59,044 bases of DNA, filler included, from Dugesia japonica (GCA_001938525.1; 6 parts of 6 records of this genome joined end to end with filler, not necessarily neighbours in it); one strand, 5' to 3'. Shown: positions 12,616 through 23,169, numbered from the whole stretch's first letter. Notes: a model not told the origin generated them from the sequence alone. Made by a program: numbers and translations.

Positions 12616-13209
12616 TTATATACCTAGTTTTAATTTCATTTCATTTATAACTTTAGTTTGACTTTCAACCAATAATTTTAAACTTTCATCTTTTTCATGT
12701 TTATGTCCAGATATTAATTCATGAACTTCATTAACCACATTTTTACTAATAGATAATTCATCATCAGTTAAAATCTCATCATGTACTTTTTCTTGAAATA
12801 GAAATAATTTATTTTTGACAGCTTCAAGTTTAATTATTAACTTTTCATATTTCTCTTTTCTAGATTTTATAAGTGAAGTGTTAAATGTTCCAATTACAGG
12901 NNNNNNNNNNNNNNNNNNNNNNNNNNNNNNNNNNNNNNNNNNNNNAAGTGCAATTCCAACTGGTGTAATTAATATAATACCACCAATTCCAATTATAGCA
13001 CTAACACCTATTTGTGTATATTTTATACCTGAACCAATTCTATTCCATCTTCTATATATTTTCTTATAATGTTTAATTTTATCTTTTATAAAGTACAAGT
13101 CATTTTCAAAATCTTTAATTCTTGACATTGACAATTTATTTTTTAAATCTAAAATTGTAAAACAATTTCTATCATCATTCAACTCAGGATATAATTTGTC
13201 TTTATCCAT
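12616..13209 (-). CDS. Polinton membrane protein (hydrophobic hairpin flanked by basic helices)
   Basis: MDKDKLYPEL..SRIKDFENDL..KHYKKIYRRWNRI..GVSAIIGIGGIILITPVGIAL..KEKYEKL, an architecture common in animal Polintons/adintoviruses. Confidence 0.75.
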   Translation of the reverse strand: MDKDKLYPELNDDRNCFTILDLKNKLSMSRIKDFENDLYFIKDKIKHYKKIYRRWNRIGSGIKYTQIGVSAIIGIGGIILITPVGIALXXXXXXXXXXXXXXXPVIGTFNTSLIKSRKEKYEKLIIKLEAVKNKLFLFQEKVHDEILTDDELSISKNVVNEVHELISGHKHEKDESLKLLVESQTKVINEMKLKLGI

Positions 13210-14088
13210 TTCTTAAGTAGAAATTTATCTAAAATTCTAATTTTATAAACGAGAATTCCTTTAGGTAAAGTTATTTCTATAAAGTTTATACTACCTTCAA
13301 ATGATTTAATAAACTGAGATTTTTTCTCAACATATTCATGTTTAGTGTTATTTATTTTAATGGAATATTTAAAATCTCCAGTATGACAAGTTATTAAAAT
13401 ATTTATATATTTTAAGGGTAAATATGTTTTTATAGAAATAACAAGTGGTTCTTTAAGATAAAAATGTGGACGTATATAATTTCTATTTATTTCACCATTT
13501 CTTTTAAAATCTATTCTTTCTACTTTTTCACTAATATAATAATGTGGAAGATNNNNNNNNNNNNNNNNNNNNNNNNNNNNNNNNNNNNNNNNNNNNNNNN
13601 NNNNNNNNNNNNNNNNNNNNNNNNNNNNNNNNNNNNNNNNNNNNNNNNNNNNNNNNNNNNNNNNNNNNNNNNNNNNNNNNNNNNNNNNNNNNNNNNNNNN
13701 NNNNNNNNNNNNNNNNNNNNNNNNNNNNNNCTGGTTTTATTCTTTCATATTCTTTATTTATTTCATCTGGAATTTTATATGTAACTAATTTAATATTTAA
13801 ATTCTTTATGAAAACTTCTTCTGGAAAAACTATTTCAATATAATTTATATTTTTATCTCTACTTTCTCTGTAAATGTTAAATACCCGAAGGGACCCGTCT
13901 TTATTAGATGTAATACATAAAAATGCTACAGGAAAATGATTAAAATTAATTACATATGTGAATTTTTCAATCTGACATTCACCATCTATATTTATACTTA
14001 CTCTTTTTTTAATGTTAGTGTGTAAAGTAATATTTGTAATATTTTTATCTTTTCTTTTAAAATCAAAATTGTTAACATATTTATCCAT
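13179..14088 (-). CDS. Repeat-domain protein, units 2 and 3 (spans gap)
   Basis: Starts MDKYVNNFDFKR at 14088. After the gap an unlisted frame reads LPHYYISEKVERIDFKR..FYLKEPLVISIKT..FKYSIKINN..SINFIEITLPKG..KKWIKTNYILS* (stop 13181-13179). Continuity across the gap is inferred. Confidence 0.6.
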
Positions 14089-14686
14089 AACAGTAAATTT
14101 TGGAACTTTTTTTACCTGGAATAATTGAAAATAATGAATCACTGGGTGTATTACAATAAATTAAATAATTATCTAACATTTCTCTTAAAGGTTTTAATGT
14201 TGTAGGTGTAAGTTTTTCTTTATAGGTTTTAAATAAAACATTAATCATGTTTAGATGTTTTATGTGAAGATCATATTTTATATTTTCAAAATCTTTAGTT
14301 AATCTATCAATAATTTCATATTTTAAAAAAATAACACTTAATTCAATTAGAGTAAATTTTTGAATAACTATTTCAATATATTTTATATTTACATCTTTAT
14401 TAATTTCTAAACTGGAATGAAATATATTAAATTCATAGAAAAAACTTTTACTTCTTTCTTCCAAATTTACATAGTGTGTAAATGTTTTTGAAATATTATT
14501 AATTTTAATAATGTAATCAAAAACACTTATAGTTGAGCTATAATACCGTCCATTAATCTTTATAGCAACTTCTTCATTTAACTTTGTATGTAAATAAATA
14601 CTAAAAGGTTTTTCAACTAAAAAATAATCATTATAATGTGAATAATCACTTCTTTTAAAATCTAAATTATAAACATATTTATCCAT
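14081..14686 (-). CDS. Repeat-domain protein, unit 1, 201 aa
   Basis: MDKYVYNLDFKR..IYLHTK..FDYIIKINN..NIKYIEIV, paralogous to the downstream units. Confidence 0.7.
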   Translation of the reverse strand: MDKYVYNLDFKRSDYSHYNDYFLVEKPFSIYLHTKLNEEVAIKINGRYYSSTISVFDYIIKINNISKTFTHYVNLEERSKSFFYEFNIFHSSLEINKDVNIKYIEIVIQKFTLIELSVIFLKYEIIDRLTKDFENIKYDLHIKHLNMINVLFKTYKEKLTPTTLKPLREMLDNYLIYCNTPSDSLFSIIPGKKSSKIYCYG

Positions 14687-15469
14687 AAAACTAAATTATT
14701 TTTTTTATATTTAAATATTTCATGAATAGTTTCATTAAATTTATAAGCTAAATAATTATTATCAATGAAACTGTTTATATTTTTATCATTAAGTGTTTCT
14801 TTATAATCTTCATATAAATCATTAATTCTTTTAAGATGAATTTTATGAAGTAATGGTCTTATTGTTTCAACTTCATTTCTTATTTTAGAAGTTTTAAGTT
14901 TAAACTTTTCCACATTAGATTTAAGTATATTAATAAGATTCGTATGTTCATCAAATGTTTTCCTAGATATGTTATCATGTAATTTGTAAAGTGTAACTTG
15001 TAATATGTTAACATCTTTATTTAATTTCTTACTTATGTCGCTACGCTCCATCTTTTTAAAAATATTAATTAATTCACTTTTTTTAAATGTAAACACTTCT
15101 AATCTTAATCTTTCAATTTCACTAGCTATATCATAAAACTTTTTTTGTGAACATTTATTTCCATTTATCTCTTTATTATTTAAACGTTCAGCTTTATATT
15201 GAAAATATAATTTGTTAATTTCAGTTTTATCAATCTTTAAATGTTTAGTAAAAATTAATTCATGTGATTGTAATTTNNNNNNNNNNNNNNNNNNNNNNNN
15301 NNNNNNNNNNNNNNNNNNNNNNNNNNNNNNNNNNNNNNNNNNNNNNNNNNNNNNNNNNNNNNNNNNNNNNNNNNNNNNNNNNNNNNNNNNNNNNNNNNNN
15401 NNNNNNNNNNNNNNNNNNNNNNNNNNNNNNNNNNNNNNNNNNNNAAGCACTTTCACCAAACTTATTCAT
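14662..15469 (-). CDS. Polinton helical/coiled-coil protein (spans gap)
   Basis: ATG at 15469 overlaps the protease stop. Long open frame after the gap; its C-terminal LHKIHLKRINDLYEDYKETL is paralogous to LHIKHLNMINVLFKTYKEKL in the next ORF. Confidence 0.65.
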
Positions 15470-15893
15470 TTTCTAGTAGTGAATTATAAAGTGTTAACAT
15501 TTCAGATATTATATTATCCAAATCTACATGCGACAATTTATATAAAAAGTAAATACATAATACACCACATATTTTAGTACCAAAATGTTGAACTTGAGTT
15601 TTATTATAAACTTTTACATATTTTTCAAGTTGATCTAAAGGTTTTAAACCAAATGAATCAAAATAATAACCTTTGGTGTAACATGTCCAATGTATTCCAT
15701 TTTCATATGAATTTTGATAATTAAAAATTAAATTTTTATTATTTACAGGGGTTGTTCCAACCCCATTTGAAATTTCATTCTTCATATAAATTTCTAAATC
15801 TAACTGTAAAAAGTTAGCAATTGAATATAAATCAAAATTAGTAGTTGTGTTAATACCAAATGTTTTTAAAAAGTCTAATAAATTATAATCCAT
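15462..15893 (-). CDS. Adenain-like (C5) cysteine protease
   Basis: GIHWTC..YFDSFG..TQVQ..KICGVLCIYFL provides the H-D-Q-C catalytic motifs. Confidence 0.92.
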   Translation of the reverse strand: MDYNLLDFLKTFGINTTTNFDLYSIANFLQLDLEIYMKNEISNGVGTTPVNNKNLIFNYQNSYENGIHWTCYTKGYYFDSFGLKPLDQLEKYVKVYNKTQVQHFGTKICGVLCIYFLYKLSHVDLDNIISEMLTLYNSLLENE

Positions 15894-15895
15894 GT

Positions 15896-16036
15896 TTAGT
15901 GATTTATTAAATAAGGAAAATGTGTAATAAGTTGTATGTTATTTAATGCACGTAAAATATTAATTTCATTTTCTAAAGCTATAATATTATTTTCTAATTG
16001 ATCTAATTCATTTTCAGATATATAACCTGAATCCAT
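15896..16036 (-). CDS. Small coiled-coil ORF, 46 aa (MDSGYISENELDQLENNI...)
   Basis: ATG at 16036. The upstream extension in the ORF track is only translated heptamer repeat. Confidence 0.5.
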   Translation of the reverse strand: MDSGYISENELDQLENNIIALENEINILRALNNIQLITHFPYLINH

Positions 16037-16311
16037 TTCTATTAATGTAAAATATTTTTTATAATAATTACCGAGGCACATGTGCCTTGGAAAATGTAAA
16101 ATGTAATATGTAAAATATAAAATTACCGAGGCACATGTGCCTTGTAAAATATAAAATGTAAAATGTAATATGTAAAATGTAAAATGTAAAATACACAAAG
16201 TGAACAATAAAATGTAAAATACACAAAGTGACATAAAATATAAAATGAAAAGTGAAAAAAAATAAATACCCCATTATTTTTAGGTGTGTGATTAAAACTA
16301 TTTATTATAAA

Positions 16312-19235
16312 ATGAATACTTCAATATTCAAATGTGACAACTGTAATAAAACATTTAAAAATCTAGCAGGTTTAAAAGGTCATGTTGTTTCTGAAACATG
16401 TTACAAGATAAAAGAACAATTTCAATGTAAAACATGTAGAAAAATATACAGTTCATATAAAACTTTAAATAAACATTTAAATTCAAGTAAATGTGGAAAA
16501 GTTAAAAGTTATCCATTAAAATTTGAAATTTGTAATAAAACATTTTTAAGGGAAAATCATGCAAAGAATCATTTCAATTCTGATAAGTATAAAGAAAAAG
16601 AAAATAAAGTTTTATTTGATCAACTTCTAGGTGAAGAAGCAATTTATTATGATGCAGAAGTTAGAGAATTATTTAGAAAATATACAGATTATGAAATTGA
16701 ATATTTCAAAGATAGTGCAGTTAAAATGAAATTAAATGTAGATCAAATATTTGTACCAGTTAGTAATATTACTTTATTTAGAAGAGAAATAATAAGATTA
16801 GTAAGAAAATATTTTAGATATGGAAAAAAGATCATTATAAATATGATTGTTAAAAGTAAATATGAAAAACAAACAAATACTGAATATAAAGAAAAAGATT
16901 TTACTTCTATAAGTGAAAATATAAGATTTACAAGATATAGAGATATAAAAAATGGAGTGACTGAAATGTTAAATGAATTGCAAAGAAATATTGAAGATGG
17001 AGATAAAGAAGGAAGTGGATGGAATATGTCACACATTATAGATTTTACATTAAATCTTTCAAAATATCAATCATTAGTTGGTGCAACATATTGTACTTTA
17101 CCATTTAAAAAACATGGAGTAATAAATATAATAAATCAAGATAATAAATGTTTTCTATATTCAATATTAGCACATAAATATCGAGATTTTGATCAACCAA
17201 AAAGAGTGAATAATTATATTCCTCATTTATTAGATTTAAAATATAGTGAATTTAAATTACCAATGAATATTGATGATATAAGTAAATTTGAAAAATTAAA
17301 CAATTGGAATATAAATGTATTTGGTGTTAATGATAATAAAAAACTTGAACCACTTTACATTTCACATCATATATCAAAACCTGACATATCAGAAAATAAA
17401 TGTAACTTGTTAGTATTTAAAAATCATTACATGTTATGTAGAGATTNNNNNNNNNNNNNNNNNNNNNNNNNNNNNNNNNNNNNNNNNNNNNNNNNNNNNN
17501 NNNNNNNNNNNNNNNNNNNNNNNNNNNNNNNNNNNNNNNNNNNNNNNNNNNNNNNNNNNNNNNNNNNNNNNNNNNNNNNNNNNNNNNNNNNNNNNNNNNN
17601 NNNNNNNNNNNNNNNNNNNNNNNNNNNNNNNNNNNNNAGGTGTTTATCTTAAAAGTGAATATCCAAACTTATTAGAATCTAAATATTATGAATTCTTAGG
17701 TGAAAACATTTATAATGATTTCTTTGAATTTTTAGAAGATATTAATAATAAGTTAGAAGATATTAAATATAACAAATTAATAAAAGAATTGTCCGTAGGC
17801 CAGCATCCAAAATATACAGAAGACACTAAATGTTATTATTGTGATAAAGAGATATTAGATAATCCAGTTAGAGACCATAATCATTTTAATGGAGAATTTA
17901 GAGGATATTCATGTAATGATTGTAATATAAATGATAAAAGTGTAAAGAATTTATTTATACCATTTTACTTTCATCAGGTTATGATAACCATTTATTTTTT
18001 AGAGAACTAATAACAAAATTTACAGGTAAAATCAAAAGAATAATTCCACATAGTAGTGATAATTATATTTCATTTCAATATGAAAATATTAAATTTCTTG
18101 ATTCAGCTAGATTGTTACCTTTTACATCTGTTGAAGTAATGGGTAAATTTTTAAATCAATCAAATAATTATCCAATATTAACATCATTTAATTTAAGACC
18201 TAAAATAGCATTATTCCCTTATGAATATGTAAAACGAAATAGTATTCAAGAAGTTGAAAAATTATTAAAATCTAATAGAATTCCAACTAAAGATGATTTC
18301 TTTAACACATTAACTCAAAAAGAAATATCTGATGAAGAACATGATGAATTTTTAATAGATTATTTAGATTATAAAAATATGTGGGATTACATGTTACACT
18401 ACATGAAGTTAGATGTATTGATATTAACTGATTTCTTAGAGAATTTTAGAGATTCATGTATTAATAATATTTTAAAATTAGATCCATGTTATTCTTATTC
18501 TGCTCCAGGTTATGCATGGGAAACTGGAATGTTAAATGCTAACATTAAATTGAAATATGCTAAACCTGAAACATATGACATGTTCTTATTAATTGAAGAA
18601 GGTATTAGAGGTGGATATTCAGGTGTATTAGGTGAACGTCAAGTATTTTCTCATAATAAAAATAAAGAACCATATACTAGAGAAATGAATAAAACTCAAT
18701 TTGAAGATTTAATAAAAACAATAAGTGAACATGAATTTATTCCAGATGAATATCTTAATGATTTAATGGATGATGTATTTATAAAATATTTAGATGAAAA
18801 TAGTTTATATGCTAGTTGTNTNACTAGACCACTACCAACAGGTGAAATGCATGAAGATGAGATGGGTCCCTTTGGGTTAGAATATGAAATGTCAAATGAT
18901 AACATTAATTTTATATATAAAGTTGATCTTGATTACCCAAGAGAAATACATGATAATACTAAATATTTCCCATTATGTCCAGAAAGAATAAATATTAGAC
19001 CTGAGATGTTAACAAATTACCAATTATCATTTAAAAAGAAAATTGGTAATAATAATATTAAATTAACACTTAACCAATTAGACAAGAAAAATTATGTATG
19101 TTTAGGAAGTACATTAGATTTGTATTTAAAATTAGGTATGAAACTAAAAACAATACATAAGAAAATTAAAATGGAAACATCACCATGGTTTAAAAATCAT
19201 GTACACAAATTAATAACTTTAAGAAAAGAATCTAA
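16312..19235 (+). CDS. polB: Protein-primed family B DNA polymerase with N-terminal C2H2-like fingers and endonuclease VII domain; 3' truncated by the scaffold end, gapped and frameshifted
   Basis: CDNCNKTF..H and CKTCRKIY..H fingers; GSGW..NKCFLYSILA; CYYC..VRDHNHFNGEFRGYSCNDCN; YMKLDVLILTD; EEGIRGG; YLDENSLYA; PLCPE. Confidence 0.93.
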
Positions 19236-19335
19236 NNNNNNNNNNNNNNNNNNNNNNNNNNNNNNNNNNNNNNNNNNNNTTAATTAATTAANNNNNNNNN
19301 NNNNNNNNNNNNNNNNNNNNNNNNNNNNNNNNNNN

Positions 19336-19404
<69 letters not shown>
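19336..19404. repeat. (ATT)n microsatellite
   Basis: Perfect ATT run at the scaffold start. Confidence 0.95.
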
Positions 19405-21226
19405 GGTTGCTTTCTAACTTGAAAGTATAAATAATCAAGCGATTAAATCATAGTTAATATAATTAATACGTGTAAATAAATGTAATAATGTTTGATATTT
19501 TCTAAGTTATCGTCAGATTGCGTTTTTATATTTATAGTATTTATAAGAAAAGGATCATTGCTTAGTTAAATTTTTCAATATTTCAGCTTGAATTTTTCTT
19601 TCAAAATTTGAAAATAATTTAATTTAAGATAATATTTAATTTGTTAAAAAAAATTAATTTCAAAATATTTAAAAAATTCTAAAATAAATGAGATAAAACT
19701 TATAGAAATAATAAAATAATTTAAAGTTTTAAATATAAAAATGTTAAAAATGTAAAGAATAAATTAAAAAAATTAAATTTTATTTTCAAGTAGAATTTTT
19801 AATTTTTTTTAAAACAAATTTTTAGATAGTACGGTTGACTTGAATAAACAAATTTATCTTTTATTTTTTTAACGAATATTTCATGAATTCAACTCTAAAT
19901 TCAACGGTAATTGCTTCAGACTAATATAACAATTTTATTTATTATATTAAATCAAACTTAATTATGATACCAAACAATCATTAATTAATTGTTGCAAGCA
20001 TTTACTATTAAACCAGTGTTTCTCAATCCTTTTCCATTTGTCACCCACTTCCTAATGCTTAAAAAATTCCCGTCCCGTATATGTCCAAAAGCCAGACAAG
20101 AACTGAATAATAATACTTAAAATAAATTGTGAGAAAAATATTGGTTTACCTATCAAGATTGAGTAACTCTACTGAAATAAGTTCTATGATATTCCAAAAA
20201 GGTATGTTTATGTTTAAAATGTTAAAAACATAGTTAAATATAAGTATATAGAATTTAAACCAGTAGATTTTATTCGAGCTTATACCAAGCCCATTTATAT
20301 TTTTCTTAAGACCACAAGTGAGTCTGAGGGCCCACCATGAGAATAACTGTATTAAACTATAATATAATTTCATCTTTCATTGAGTTTTTGAAGAAATATT
20401 AAAAAAAATAATTTATCAATAAATACAAAAAAAGAGGAACTCGGTACTTTTGGTTTATTAATAAAAAGTCAATTAAAAAAAATATTTAATCAATATTTAT
20501 TCGAATTATTCGAATTCCTTTTCGAAAAAACGATACATTTGATAATATTTTGTTGAAATTTATAACGTATGGTTAATCAGAAATAGTTTCTTATTCATTG
20601 TTACTAATTATTTTGAAAATAATCACATGAAAATTACGTCACACCAGATGCTAAAATTTCTGTTTCAAATCAGAGAAATTCTTATTTCAAAGTAACGGTT
20701 TAAAGTACACGAAAAAAGTTATTAATTTTTCTTCTCATTAAAAATTTTTAAAGAAATTAATAGAAATCCATCATATTACAAAGGTTTTATGTAATGCAGT
20801 GGCAGATTGATATGATGTAATAATATAAAAAATCCACCGTATTTTTATTGATTACTTTTCGAAATTAAAACTTGAAGACACGTAAAAATAATTTTTTCAG
20901 AAATAATCCTATTTTCGAGATTTAAAATATTTTTTTTCACTTTTATAATTTTTTTAATTGTATACTAGCGAGGAATTAAAATAACATGAAAAATATTTAT
21001 GTAAAGACAACAAAAATTTAAAATATGAAATAAAAAAGTAACATAAAAAAAATATTTGATTTTTTATTATCATTATGATTATATTATTATTATTAATAAT
21101 AAAAAAATAATAATGATAATAATAATAGTAATAATAATAATAATATTTTATAATTACAATTATTACAAGAATAATTGTTGGACGTAACCATTGATTGTTT
21201 TTCAGAATTCATTAAAATAAAATGTC

Positions 21227-21261
21227 AATTCCTGATGAAGATAAAATCGAAAATTAGAATT
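21227..21261 (+). ncRNA. Minimal type I hammerhead ribozyme motif (Penelope-associated)
   Basis: AATTC-CTGATGA-AGATAAAATC-GAAA-ATTA-GAATT: stem I, CUGAUGA core, stem II, GAAA, NUH site. Confidence 0.65.
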
Positions 21262-23169
21262 ATTATCAAAAATTAAAAAAAATATTTGACCGAAGCTTTT
21301 ATTTTAATGAATATTATTATTATTTTTAATAATAATAATAATTTATTATTATTTTTTTAATTATCATTATTATTATATTTAATTTTATTTTATAATAATA
21401 ATTATTATAATTAAAAGTAATTTTAATAATAATANNNNNNNNNNNNNNNNNNNNNNNNNNNNNNNNNNNNNNNNNNNNNNNNNNNNNNNNNNNNNNNNNN
21501 NNNNNNNNNNNNNNNNNNNNNNNNNNNNNNNNNNNNNNNNNNNNNNNNNNNNNNNNNNNTCGTTTCAGTTAAAATGAATGTATTTTTCAGAAGAAAAACT
21601 GGAAATTGTTATGAATAAATGCACTAGAAAATGACCTATATTAGTTCTAGATTTGAGACAATTAACAGACATTAGTCAATTCAAAAACCTGGTGAAAAAG
21701 ATTTCCAACATTATTCGGTTTCGTAAATTGAAATAATATTTATCAAATAAAAAAAACTAATTAGTAACTAGATAATTGAGTTGGAATATAATATAGTAAT
21801 AACTTTCGTTAAAAAATTTTATTTTTATGTTACTTTCAACTTTTATACTGGTAGAAAATTTTAATTTACTTTATTATACTTGATTCCTTTATTTTTTGGC
21901 AGATATTCACTCAATAAATTTAGAAAGTTTCTGGAAATAATAAGACTTTTTTTCCAACTCAATTTTACAAATTATTATATCATTTATTCACTGAAATTTA
22001 ATTCAGTTATTTTAGAATGATATTTAATTCATACTATGTGACAAAACATTTATTGCCTTTTTAGTTAATATTTAATGTTAGAATTTGGACATACTGACCA
22101 ATTAAAATATCTTCAGAATTTTGGGCTAATATTTACTTAAGGTTGCAAACCTTGACAAATATCAATAAAAGATATCGATTAAAAATATATCTATAAGTTA
22201 AAGGGCTGTCCGTTAAAATAAAAGACGGTTGGTAACCATTTTGTTAAATGAGTACATTCGCTTCTTTTTGCTTTATTGAGGGTTTCATGATTTATCAATA
22301 AAAATTAATTACTGAACGTAAACCTGCATTTTTTGCTTTCTGTTGCCTAATTTTTTAAGTGGTTTAACCGTTTTTATTAAATGGATCGAAAAATTTCAAA
22401 TAAATACTCTATTTATAATAAAGCCATTTAAAAATAGATTTTTCTTATTAAACGTGTTGAATATTCTTTATTTTTAACTTTTCGTAACATTTGACGAAAA
22501 ATAAAATAAAAATATACATAAATTTGAAAAATTTTAAAGTACATTTAAAAGATTTTGGAAACTTGAAAAGTAATTAAGCACATGAAAAACAAACGAGGGA
22601 GAAAAATCTTTATTCTGTAGTAATTATTTAATTTATTTTAATGCTTTACTATTCTTGAAAAAAATGATGTTAGAAATAAAGTACTATTGGTGTCTTTTCT
22701 GAATTCATAAAAGGTTAATGACCAAAAAGCTGAGTTAACAGACTGTCCTTTAAAATAAAAGATAGTTGGCAATCTTAAATTTATTTAATAAAATTGATTT
22801 GCAATATATGAAATTGTACTTACAAAATTATCAATGTTTTTATAAAGGAAATACTATAAACACATTACTACAAATCTACAAAGTTACAAATTTATATTAA
22901 TAAAAATTTACGAAACAAAAACTTCTAATAAAAATTTTACAATAATAATACAATATTTTAACTTAACTTGTTGATTATCAAAAATCTGCCTAAAACGTAT
23001 ATTATTTAAACAAAACTAATTTTAATAAAAAAATTAATATAATTAAAACTATACATTTGCAAAATAATAAACACTTAAAACATTCTAAAATACATTCACA
23101 CCTTATATTTAATTAAAATTTATAATAAAAAAAATAAAAACTCAAGTACAATTCAAGAATAATAATCAA

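Larger units (their letters stand above)
9614..19235. mobile_element. Polinton/Maverick (adintovirus-like) element, internal segment; termini not included
   Basis: Dense intronless genes: rve integrase, packaging ATPase, adenain protease and pPolB, the hallmark Polinton set. Confidence 0.95.

Noticed and set aside
16065-16144. Palindromic repeats with a spacer resembling a mini-CRISPR
   Set aside because: Only two adjacent copies, the spacer is simple repeat, there are no cas genes, and the context is eukaryotic.
16037-16311. ORF-track extensions 15896..16234, 16068..16274 and the GTG start at 16252
   Set aside because: Translation of heptamer repeats; ATG starts at 16036 and 16312 are more plausible.
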